Shown here: one piece after another, positions 36,855 to 45,114 of the stretch
How positions within the stretch are numbered: the first letter of the stretch is position 1
How the letters are laid out: every line of letters begins with the position of its first letter
IMG/VR virus record: IMGVR_UViG_3300025875_000006
Coordinates: 25,614 to 89,613 of that record
Strand: one strand, 5' to 3'
Origin: a virus
Lineage: Duplodnaviria; Caudoviricetes
Length of the DNA stretch: 64,000 nt
Position numbers and translations under genes: made by a program
The notes under the pieces: model-generated
Told to the model about the DNA's origin: nothing
The model's database searches: none
Seen by the model: only the letters and a program-made list of their open reading frames with translations

Positions 36855-37146
36855 GCTGCCCAACCTGTCCGAGCTGAGTCACGAGCCCGTGGACGGGCCG
36901 ACGCCGCTGAAGAAGGCGCACGCCAACGGTCTGCGCAAGACGGTCGCTCGGGTGAAGTCCTGGCTGAAGCCCGGCCAGGACCCGGAGACGGCCGTGAAGG
37001 TCGCGCTGCTGACCTACCTGGGGGAGTGGAAGGTCACGTTCAACGAGGGCTCCCGTATCTCCCAGCTGACCAGCACCGAGCGGACGATCTTCATGATCCG
37101 CGAGGACACCGTGGACAAGATCATCACGGAGATCAGCCGAGCCTGA
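36835..37146 (+). CDS. hypothetical protein
   Basis: Typical codon usage. Confidence 0.65.
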   Translation: MEQSRAELPNLSELSHEPVDGPTPLKKAHANGLRKTVARVKSWLKPGQDPETAVKVALLTYLGEWKVTFNEGSRISQLTSTERTIFMIREDTVDKIITEISRA

Positions 37147-37156
37147 GACACTGGCT

Positions 37157-37202
37157 GGCCACACCCCGGCGGGTCCTGAGCCTGCACCGCCGGGGTGTGG
37201 CC
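37157..37202 (+). terminator. 16-bp perfect inverted repeat
   Basis: GGCCACACCCCGGCGG / CCGCCGGGGTGTGGCC. Confidence 0.8.
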
Positions 37203-37217
37203 TGTCACGATGGTGGC

Positions 37218-37502
37218 ATGGCCATCGGCAAGCAGGAGATCGACAACCGCTTCGGATTCCACCCGGCCACACCGGAGACGATCCCGCTGCACGAGCAGGT
37301 GCGGACGCGCTTCGCCGAGCTGGCGTACTGGCTGGACGAGACGCTGCCTGACAGCCGGGAGAAGTCGCTGACCTTCACCGAACTTCAGGTGACGGCGATG
37401 CACGCCAACGCCACCATCGCCTGCAACCTGGCGCCCCTGGAGAAGCGGGCGGCTCCGCTGACGGGTTCCGAGGACGAGCCGCCGGGTTCGCACCTCGGGT
37501 GA
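37218..37502 (+). CDS. Acb2/Tad1-like helical-hairpin protein (putative cyclic-nucleotide sponge)
   Basis: IDNRFGFHP...HEQVRTRFAELAYWLDETLPDSREKSLTFTELQVTAMHANATIA matches the SREKSLAxTxLE..MWAN.AIA family pattern. Confidence 0.65.
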   Translation: MAIGKQEIDNRFGFHPATPETIPLHEQVRTRFAELAYWLDETLPDSREKSLTFTELQVTAMHANATIACNLAPLEKRAAPLTGSEDEPPGSHLG

Positions 37503-37557
37503 GGCCCGGTAGCGTGGTGGTGCCGTCTGGTAACCCCGCGCAATCCTGGAGGCCCGT

Positions 37558-38463
37558 GTGGGCGCAACCGATGCCCTGAAGCTGCCGATCCCCGAACTCA
37601 CCGAGACAGCGGACGGGCCCGACGCCTTCAGCGACCTGGCCAACGCGGTCGAGGATTATGTCTACGACCGGGTCCTGCCCATCGGCGTCTCTCGTGCACC
37701 TTCGCACCACTGGGGTTCGGGCACTGCGCTCCCGACGGCCGCTGGTGGTCTGAAGGTCGGGGACACCTACACGCACACGGGTCTGGGAACCGACGGTTGC
37801 CTGATGCGCTACAGCGTTGCTGGCTGGCGGCAGGCCGAGGTGCCGCGCTTCGCCTCGATAGCAGCATTGACGGCGGCGGTGACCAACTACGCTGCGCTGT
37901 TCTACCGGGGGTTCGATGCTTTCCAGGAGGACCGTCTCTACCGTCGGAAGTACGACGGTCAAGCCTGGATCTACGCCGGAACCTACGCCGACCCCGATAC
38001 GGCAGATGCGGCACCGGGTGACTACCCGACGGCTTCTTGGCGGAGCACCGCTTTCCCTGCTCCGCACAACACAGTCACGCCCATCAAAAACTGGGACGCA
38101 GGTCGGGTCGATTCGTCAGTCGCCACCTATGACAACGTCACAGGTCTGTTCACGTTCGCAGAACGGGGACTGTACCGAGTACATCTGGAAGTTTTTTCTG
38201 ATGCCGGGTACAAGCGCAACTCGATCATCTTCTCGCCCATGCCTGGCAACGCTCAGAGCGGCAACGGTGGGGTTCTGGAGGACTGCCGGTACGTGGATGG
38301 CACAGCGGCGTTCCCGAACTGCGGTCAACTTCGACAGACACTGACCGATTCCTACTACGCCGAGCAGGGCTGGACGATGAACTGGAGTGTTCTTCAAGCC
38401 AACAGTTCTAGCGCGTCCGTCGGTCACGATTTCTATTTCACGATCTCCAAGTTGCCCGGTTAA
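37558..38463 (+). CDS. minor tail/fibre-like protein
   Basis: N-terminal LPIPELTETADGPDAFSDLANAV anchor pattern; beta-rich C-terminus; markedly lower GC3. Confidence 0.6.
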   Translation: MGATDALKLPIPELTETADGPDAFSDLANAVEDYVYDRVLPIGVSRAPSHHWGSGTALPTAAGGLKVGDTYTHTGLGTDGCLMRYSVAGWRQAEVPRFASIAALTAAVTNYAALFYRGFDAFQEDRLYRRKYDGQAWIYAGTYADPDTADAAPGDYPTASWRSTAFPAPHNTVTPIKNWDAGRVDSSVATYDNVTGLFTFAERGLYRVHLEVFSDAGYKRNSIIFSPMPGNAQSGNGGVLEDCRYVDGTAAFPNCGQLRQTLTDSYYAEQGWTMNWSVLQANSSSASVGHDFYFTISKLPG

Positions 38464-38476
38464 AAGGAGGATCACT

Positions 38477-39682
38477 GTGAACGAGTCCACTGCGCCCGTA
38501 TCAACCGATCCGCACGCCAAGACGGCGGGTGAGGAGAACCACGCGAACCCCGACAACTTCCGGGGCGAGGACGCCGACGCTCCGACCAACCCCGACGAGG
38601 ACGGTGACGGCGAGCCCGCCGACCACGAACACCCGCCGCTGACCAACGCGGACATCGCGGCGCGGATGGTCATGGCGGCCTGGCGCAACTGCCAGGCCAG
38701 CATGACGCTGGTCGCTGCGATCAACGCTCGCTGGCCGGGCCGCGACAAGGCCTCGGACGGCACCATCGGTGACGCCGCGCACGCCACCCGTACCTCGGAC
38801 CACAACCCGTGGGTCGTCGTGGATGGCATGGGCGTCGTCCGCGCGCGCGACATCGACAAGGACGGCATCGACGCCGCCTGGCTGGCCGAGGAGCTGCGCA
38901 AGCTCGGCGCGGCCGGTGACCCGCGCCTGGCCGGTGGCGGATACGTGATCTTCAACCGCCGCATCACGACCAACGACTGGTCGGGCTGGAAGGTCTACAC
39001 CGGCTCCAACCCGCACACCGCGCACCTCCACGTCAGCTTCAGCCTCAACCGGGCGGGCTATGACTCGGCGGCTGGTTGGGTCTTCCTGGGTGGTGGTGCT
39101 GTCGTCCAGCCCAGCCCCGAGGTCAACAACGGCATCAAGTACGAGGAGCGGGTCGACGCACCGAACGGTGCGCGCATCCTGTCCATCGGCAAGGTCGGCT
39201 CGGACGTCGCCTACGTCCAGCGCTGGCACGGGCTCACCGACGACGGCTTCTTCGGCACCGCGACCGACGACGCGGTCCGCAAGACCCAGGGCCGCAACGG
39301 CCTGTTGGTGGACGGCGTCGTCGGCCCGCAGACCTGGGCCCTCATGGGCGTGGGCAACGCACCGATCAAGCCCTCCATCCCCCCGCTCCCGGCCAAGCCG
39401 GGCTGGGACATCCCGCGCGGGGAGTACCTGGGTGACATCACGGGGCCGAAGGCCAGCCACGGCGGCGGTGCGGGGGTGGACGGGGACAACGTCCTCTACG
39501 CCCAGCGGGTGTTCATCGCCCGGGGCTGTGTGCCGGGCCAGGCCGACTGGCGTTCGGGCTGGGCGGACGCCAAGTGGGAGGGGGCGACGACGGGTGCGTG
39601 CCGGACGTGGTTCAGCCGGTACCGGCCGGGACAGCCGCACATCGACCGGATCTACTCCGACGACTGGGCCGTCCTCGGGTGA
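38477..39682 (+). CDS. endolysin (actinophage peptidase-like domain plus peptidoglycan-binding domains)
   Basis: WPGRDKASDGTIGDAAH...SDHNP...ARDID...YTGSNPHTAHLHVSF; DGFFGTATDDAVRKTQGRNGLLVDGVVGPQTW. Confidence 0.85.
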   Translation: MNESTAPVSTDPHAKTAGEENHANPDNFRGEDADAPTNPDEDGDGEPADHEHPPLTNADIAARMVMAAWRNCQASMTLVAAINARWPGRDKASDGTIGDAAHATRTSDHNPWVVVDGMGVVRARDIDKDGIDAAWLAEELRKLGAAGDPRLAGGGYVIFNRRITTNDWSGWKVYTGSNPHTAHLHVSFSLNRAGYDSAAGWVFLGGGAVVQPSPEVNNGIKYEERVDAPNGARILSIGKVGSDVAYVQRWHGLTDDGFFGTATDDAVRKTQGRNGLLVDGVVGPQTWALMGVGNAPIKPSIPPLPAKPGWDIPRGEYLGDITGPKASHGGGAGVDGDNVLYAQRVFIARGCVPGQADWRSGWADAKWEGATTGACRTWFSRYRPGQPHIDRIYSDDWAVLG

Positions 39683-39785
39683 CCTGGAACAGGTAGCCGA
39701 CAGCGAGTAGCCTGTCACCGTCGGCCAACCTGCTGCGTCGATGGGCCCCCGTCAACTGCGTCTGTAGGCGGGGGCCCTGCCGCGT

Positions 39786-40004
39786 CTAGGCCGCGTGCTG
39801 GCGGCCCCAGTGCTCCACCCGGAGCCGGGCGGCGGGCAGCTCCACGCGGACCTGGCCCCGCCGCCGGGCGAACCGGACGTGGTGCGGACGGTGGCCGCAC
39901 ATCATGCAGTAGAGCCGCCACCGGATGAAGGCGAAGCGGTTGAGCGTGAGGTAGGCGCACTGCGGGCACGGCACCGCTGAGACTGCTGCGTCGGTCGGCG
40001 TCAT
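39786..40004 (-). CDS. small zinc-finger protein
   Basis: CPQC...CMMC; start uncertain (40004 or 40016). Confidence 0.5.
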   Translation of the reverse strand: MTPTDAAVSAVPCPQCAYLTLNRFAFIRWRLYCMMCGHRPHHVRFARRRGQVRVELPAARLRVEHWGRQHAA

Positions 40005-40052
40005 GGTGTCCCCCAATCGGGTGATGTTGACAAGAACGACTATTCTTAGCCC

Positions 40053-40334
40053 ATGACGCAGCCCGACTCAACAACCCCCGCCGTGGAGCCTGTCGCCGAG
40101 CGCCCGGACCGGCCCACGCGCACCACGCGCATCAGGGAGGGCGTCCAGGTCAAGGTGCGCGACGACCCCCAGGAGCGGGTCGGCCTGGTGGTCCCGTCCG
40201 ACGACTGGTGGGACACCCTCCGGCTGCGCGGCGTCGCGCCGATGCACCAGGTGCTGATCGAGTGGTTCCCCGAGGGGAACACCATGCGGCTCTGGTACCG
40301 CACCTCGGACCTGGAGGCCGTCCGCGCTCCCTGA
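40053..40334 (+). CDS. SH3/KOW-like small protein, leaderless
   Basis: GTTGACA-N8-TATTCT-N6-ATG; GVQVKVRDD...WYRTSDLEAV. Confidence 0.7.
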   Translation: MTQPDSTTPAVEPVAERPDRPTRTTRIREGVQVKVRDDPQERVGLVVPSDDWWDTLRLRGVAPMHQVLIEWFPEGNTMRLWYRTSDLEAVRAP

Positions 40335-40356
40335 GCGCCCGGTACCTTCCGAGGTC

Positions 40357-40590
40357 GTGACGCCTCTCCAGCGACTGGACCTGTTCCAGCACATGGACGT
40401 CGCGGCGGTGACCCGGCTGACGGCTCCGCCCTACCTGCGCGTGCTGGCCGTGAACGTCGGCTCGCGCGGGGTTCTGCCCGGCCGCGACGGCCTGATGCTG
40501 ATCGGCCCGCTGGGGGTCAACTACTTCGAGGTCCAGCGCGACGTCGCCTGGGTCTACCTCCGCCGCCACGACGTCGAGCTGCCCGAGTAG
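40357..40590 (+). CDS. hypothetical protein
   Basis: RBS GAGG; typical codon usage. Confidence 0.6.
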   Translation: MTPLQRLDLFQHMDVAAVTRLTAPPYLRVLAVNVGSRGVLPGRDGLMLIGPLGVNYFEVQRDVAWVYLRRHDVELPE

Positions 40591-40611
40591 CGCTGGCCGT
40601 AGGCTGGCAGC

Positions 40612-42219
40612 GTGTCAACCGCCTTCGCCGAGGCACTGCCGTCCGGCGACCTCTCGCTGGAGCAGCAGGTCGCCCTGCTCAGCGAGGACGAGCAGGAAGC
40701 GCTGCTGGCGGACCTGGACCTGGACCTGCTCCCCTGGGACTGGGACTGGACGGCGCGGCCGTCGCAGAAGCTGCCCATCGAGCCCGTCGGCCAGGACGCC
40801 GACTGGGTGATGGCCCTGCTGAACGCCGGTCGTGGCTTCGGCAAGACCCGCTCGGGCACCGAGACGATCCGCGAGCTGGACGAGCGCTGGCACAGCCTGG
40901 GCCGCGACCCCGGCCAGCCGCTGCGCCTGGCCCTGCTGGGCCGCACGGCGGCCGACGTCCGGGACACGATGCTCCAGGGCCCGTCGGGCCTGCTGAACAT
41001 CTACCCGCCGTCCCTCCAGGACCAGGTGGAGTGGATCAGCAGCCACCGCCGTGTCAACCTGCCGGGCGGCGGCTTCTGCATCTGCTTCAGCGCCGAGGAG
41101 CCCGACCAGCTGCGTGGCCCGGCGTTCCACTTCGGCTGGGCCGACGAGATCGCGGCCTACAAGCAGGTCCGGGGCGAGGGTGAGCTGGACGCCTTCAGCA
41201 ACCTCCGGATGGCCGTCCGCCTCGGGCTGCTGCCGCAGATCATCGCTACGACCACCCCGAAGCGGGTGAAGCTGCTCCGCCAGCTGATCGAGGAGATCAA
41301 GGCCAACCCGGAGAAGATGATCCTCCGGACCGGCCGCACGACGGACAACGTCCACCTATCGGCCAGCTACCTGGCCACGCTGGAGTCGCTGTACGCCGGG
41401 ACGACGCTGGGCGCGCAGGAGCTGAACGGCGAGATGCTGGACGCCGTCCAGGGCGCGACGGTGGACGCCGACACCCTGGACGACCACCGGGTGCAGAAGC
41501 TGCCGCACGTGGACACCCGCTGGGCCCGCGTCGTCGCGGTGGACCCGTCGGTGGCCGAGCGCCCGAACGACGAGTGCGGCATCACCGTGATCTACGCGCC
41601 GCTGACCTTCCCCATCCTCAACCGGCACGCCTACGTCGTGGACGACCGGAGCCTGAAGGCGAGCCCGACCGTCTGGGGCGACGAGGTGATCAAGGCGGCC
41701 GTGAAGCACAAGGCCGTCGTCGTGGTCGAGAACAACCAGGGCGGCGCGCTGGTGCGCCGGATGCTGAAGGAGCGCGCGGCGGCGGCCAACGTGCCCGTGC
41801 CGACCATCCGCGAGGTCTGGTCGAGCAAGGCCAAGGCCGTCCGCGCGGAGCCCATCGGCGCGGCCTACCAGCGCGGCCGGGTGCACCACGTGACCAGCTT
41901 CCCCGACCTGGAGGACCAGCTGACCAGCTGGACGCCGGAGGACAAGGGCTACTCCCCCGACCGCCTGGACGCCCTGGTGCACGGGCTCTCCGCGCTGCTG
42001 TTCCCCGACGCGCTGGTCAAGGGCGGCGTCCCGGGGTCCGCGACGTCGCACTCCCCCGTCGGGACGCCGATGCCGCGCACCAGCCAGACCGTCGCCCGCC
42101 GGATGTCGGGCATCAAGGTGGACACCACGCGCGGCCGTGCGCGGCCCAGCGGCCTGGTCGTGCCCGGCTACCGTCCCGGCATCAGCGTCCCGCGCCGCAC
42201 CGTCGGAGGATCGCAGTGA
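40612..42219 (+). CDS. terL: terminase large subunit
   Basis: AGRGFGKTR Walker A, LRGP, WADE Walker B, VVAVDP nuclease motif, SPDRLDA. Confidence 0.95.
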   Translation: MSTAFAEALPSGDLSLEQQVALLSEDEQEALLADLDLDLLPWDWDWTARPSQKLPIEPVGQDADWVMALLNAGRGFGKTRSGTETIRELDERWHSLGRDPGQPLRLALLGRTAADVRDTMLQGPSGLLNIYPPSLQDQVEWISSHRRVNLPGGGFCICFSAEEPDQLRGPAFHFGWADEIAAYKQVRGEGELDAFSNLRMAVRLGLLPQIIATTTPKRVKLLRQLIEEIKANPEKMILRTGRTTDNVHLSASYLATLESLYAGTTLGAQELNGEMLDAVQGATVDADTLDDHRVQKLPHVDTRWARVVAVDPSVAERPNDECGITVIYAPLTFPILNRHAYVVDDRSLKASPTVWGDEVIKAAVKHKAVVVVENNQGGALVRRMLKERAAAANVPVPTIREVWSSKAKAVRAEPIGAAYQRGRVHHVTSFPDLEDQLTSWTPEDKGYSPDRLDALVHGLSALLFPDALVKGGVPGSATSHSPVGTPMPRTSQTVARRMSGIKVDTTRGRARPSGLVVPGYRPGISVPRRTVGGSQ

Positions 42220-42995
42220 CCGCCCCGCAGCAGCCCGCGCAGGAGCCGGTGCCGCCGCCACCGCCCCGCCAGTTCGCCGCGCAGGCCCAGGCCGTCGCCG
42301 CTGCGCAGGACGCCGAGATCAGCGCGGTCACCCCGGCCCTGGCGGCTTTCGTCACAGCGGTCCTGGCCTACGCCCGGACCGGCGGCCGGGTGGCCGGACT
42401 GCCCCTGACGGTGGCCAAGAAGATCGGCTACTACGGCGCGGTGGTCGCCGTGCTGTCGGCCATCGCCGACCGCGCGATGGACGAGCAGCGCACCTGGAGC
42501 GGGAAGCGCGCGGCCGAGGAGCTGTGGCTGGGCACGGACGTCGGACGCGAGGCCGGGGTGCAGGCGGGCCTGGCCGTGCTGGCGCACGCGGCCAAAGCCA
42601 TCGCCCGCGAGGCGCGCGTGGACGAGGCCACCGGGGGCTCCCCGGGTGTCTCCCTGCCGGGCGAGCCCTACGACCCGCAGGCGGCCGAGCACGCCAAGTC
42701 CTACTCCGACCCCGAGAAGATCGCGCTGCCGGTCGTGCAGAGCACCCGGCACGCCGCCCAGCTGGCCGCTGCCGCCGAGGCGGGCTGGACCCGGAAGACC
42801 TGGGTGGACAAGGGCGACGCCCGGGTGCGCGTCAACCACGCCTTCCTGGGCTCCAAGAACTACGAGTACCACGTCGTCGCGCTGGACGAGCCCTTCGTGA
42901 CGCTGGACGGCAACAAGCTCTGGTACCCGGGCGACACGAGCGCGCCGGTGCACGAGTGGATGCGCTGCCGCTGCTGGCTCCGCCTGTCCCGCTGA
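42216..42995 (+). CDS. MuF-like head morphogenesis protein
   Basis: KTWVDKGDARVRVNH...YPGD...CRC. Confidence 0.85.
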   Translation: MTAPQQPAQEPVPPPPPRQFAAQAQAVAAAQDAEISAVTPALAAFVTAVLAYARTGGRVAGLPLTVAKKIGYYGAVVAVLSAIADRAMDEQRTWSGKRAAEELWLGTDVGREAGVQAGLAVLAHAAKAIAREARVDEATGGSPGVSLPGEPYDPQAAEHAKSYSDPEKIALPVVQSTRHAAQLAAAAEAGWTRKTWVDKGDARVRVNHAFLGSKNYEYHVVALDEPFVTLDGNKLWYPGDTSAPVHEWMRCRCWLRLSR

Positions 42996-43028
42996 CATCT
43001 GGTTGACACGGCCTGCCAGACTGACGCG

Positions 43029-43232
43029 GTGCCGCCCACCCGACGCTCCAAGGCCCTGATGCACTTCCGCCGGTTCCGACACTGGCTCGGTGGCTTCAGC
43101 TGGTGGGCGATCTTCGCCCTGGTCTTCGCGCTGGGTGCCGTGGTCCTCGCAGCAGCCGACACGAGCATCGAGCTGGTCCTGGCGGTGGCCATCGCCTCCG
43201 TCACGCTGGCCGTGCTCTCCCAGAAGGAGTGA
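43029..43232 (+). CDS. small two-TM membrane protein, leaderless
   Basis: GTTGACA-N8-CAGACT-N6-GTG; two hydrophobic segments. Confidence 0.7.
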   Translation: MPPTRRSKALMHFRRFRHWLGGFSWWAIFALVFALGAVVLAAADTSIELVLAVAIASVTLAVLSQKE

Positions 43233-43234
43233 CC

Positions 43235-43558
43235 GTGACCGAGCCCCAGCGCATGACCAGCAGCAGCAACATCATCCCGGAGGGGTTGGACGTCCGGGAC
43301 GTGATCAAGAAGCCCGCCGTCGTCCAGACGGTGCTGGCCACGACCGACAACCTCCAGGACATCTTCGACTGGATCACCGTCAACGGCCACGACGCCACGA
43401 TGGGCAACGGCCAGCTGACCATCCAGACGCTGGAGGGCCCGTTCACCGTGCGCCCCGGCGACCAGGTCATGCGCGGGCTCCAGGGCGAGTTCTACCAGCA
43501 CCAGGGCGGGGACTTCTTCCAGAAGGTCTACGCCGACCAGGGTCCGGCGGCCCGCTGA
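43235..43558 (+). CDS. conserved phage hypothetical protein
   Basis: KKP...IQTLEG...GD.VMRGLQGEFY...FQKVY, a widespread phage family pattern. Confidence 0.7.
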   Translation: MTEPQRMTSSSNIIPEGLDVRDVIKKPAVVQTVLATTDNLQDIFDWITVNGHDATMGNGQLTIQTLEGPFTVRPGDQVMRGLQGEFYQHQGGDFFQKVYADQGPAAR

Positions 43559-44178
43559 TGGGCCTCATGGACGACCTCACGCAGGCGGTGGCCGACCGGA
43601 CCGCCGGGATGCTGCCCGACGCGGCCAAGGCGCGCGTGGCCGCGCTGATCACCGTGCGCGGGGTCATGCCCGACGCTGACGTCTACGACCGCGTCCGGCT
43701 GGCCAGGTACATCCTCACGGGCAACGACGAGCTGGTGCTGGATGGCCTGGTCGAGCCGGTGCCGGAGGACGTCGAGCCGGAGTACGCCGTCGAGCTGGGC
43801 GACCAGAAGTTCACGCAGGCCCAGTGGGAGGCCGTCCAGCGCTACTGCGACGGCCGGGACCGGGGCGAGGAGACGGACAAGGCCGCCGCACCCGCCCCGG
43901 GCTGGGTGCCCGAGCACCACGTCATGGTCGGCCACCGCCTCTCGGTCCAGGACGAAGACGGCAAGGGTGTCAGCGGCTGGGTGGCGAGCTGGCACGCAGC
44001 ACCGGGTGGGCACCCGTTCACCGTCTTCGTCAGCGGCGAGAAGCCGGAGCCGGAGATCACCGCGACGCAGCCGACGCCGCCGGAGGTCGTGGGCACCGAC
44101 CCCGAGCTGCTGGCCAGCATCCAGCACGCCGAGCCCGCGCCGGACTCCGGCGAGGGCTGGTCGGGCCGTCGAGGCTGA
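43558..44178 (+). CDS. hypothetical protein
   Basis: TGATG coupling. Confidence 0.65.
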   Translation: MGLMDDLTQAVADRTAGMLPDAAKARVAALITVRGVMPDADVYDRVRLARYILTGNDELVLDGLVEPVPEDVEPEYAVELGDQKFTQAQWEAVQRYCDGRDRGEETDKAAAPAPGWVPEHHVMVGHRLSVQDEDGKGVSGWVASWHAAPGGHPFTVFVSGEKPEPEITATQPTPPEVVGTDPELLASIQHAEPAPDSGEGWSGRRG

Positions 44179-44369
44179 TGGCCAAGACGTTCCCCTTCCG
44201 GTGCGGGGCGTGCGGGACGGTTCACCACCTCCCGCGCGCCCTGGCCGTGGACTGCCCGGCCGAGGGCTGCAAGGCCCCGGCCGGGCAGCGCTGCCGCGAC
44301 CTGCGGGCGGCCGACCCGAAGGCCACCCGGTTGACACCCCATCCCGAGCGAGAGGCCCTGATCCCATGA
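44178..44369 (+). CDS. small zinc-finger protein
   Basis: CGACG, CPAEGC...C...H. Confidence 0.6.
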   Translation: MAKTFPFRCGACGTVHHLPRALAVDCPAEGCKAPAGQRCRDLRAADPKATRLTPHPEREALIP

Positions 44370-44662
44370 ACGCCCTGGTCCGCACCCTGGCCGCTGCCCG
44401 GCTCACCACGCTGGTGGTGGACGACGAGATCACGAAGCCGGTCCGCGCGGCCATCCAGCAGCGCGCGCAGGACTCGGCCGCCTGGGACACCGTGGACACC
44501 GGTGTCAACTGCCACGCCTGCGCCAGCGTCTGGGCTGCCGGTGGCATCCTCGTGGCGGAACAGGGCGGGCCCGTCGGGCGGTTCCTGGTCAAGGTGCTGG
44601 CGCTGAGCCAGACCGTCCTGGTCGCCCAGGACGTCATCGAGAGGATCGGACGACGACTGTGA
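44366..44662 (+). CDS. DUF1360-like membrane protein
   Basis: AARLTTLVVDDEITKPVR...CHACASVW. Confidence 0.7.
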   Translation: MNALVRTLAAARLTTLVVDDEITKPVRAAIQQRAQDSAAWDTVDTGVNCHACASVWAAGGILVAEQGGPVGRFLVKVLALSQTVLVAQDVIERIGRRL

Positions 44663-45063
44663 CCGCTGCCCCGACTGAAGGCCCCGTCGTCCTGATCGCG
44701 GACCTGTTCCCCGGCGCGGTGACGCTGACCGCGACCGGCCAGCGCCCCGAGGGCATCCCGCCCCGGGCCAAGCTGCACGTCATCGTCAGCACGCGGCAGA
44801 TCGCGGTGGCCTGGGAGGCCGGGAACGTCAACGGCGTGGCCCAGATCGGCACGTGGTTCGCCGACGTCACCGAGGAGGAGACGGCGCAGGCCGACCACCA
44901 CGGCGGCGTGATCGGCCAGTTCACCGTGGCGCGCGCGGGCGGGTGCTCGTGCGGCAAGGCGCTGAAGCGCTGGAACCCCTACGCCGGACAGCCCACGACG
45001 CAGGTCGTGCGCCAGACCACGAGCGCGACCTACGGCCTGCCCCAGAAGTACAGCCGGAGCTGA
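44659..45063 (+). CDS. hypothetical protein upstream of portal
   Basis: GTGA overlap; GGCSCGKAL. Confidence 0.65.
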   Translation: MTAAPTEGPVVLIADLFPGAVTLTATGQRPEGIPPRAKLHVIVSTRQIAVAWEAGNVNGVAQIGTWFADVTEEETAQADHHGGVIGQFTVARAGGCSCGKALKRWNPYAGQPTTQVVRQTTSATYGLPQKYSRS

Positions 45064-45114
45064 CTCCCGTCTCTGTCAACCACTCGGGGTGACCTGGCCG
45101 CTACGCTGCTGAGC

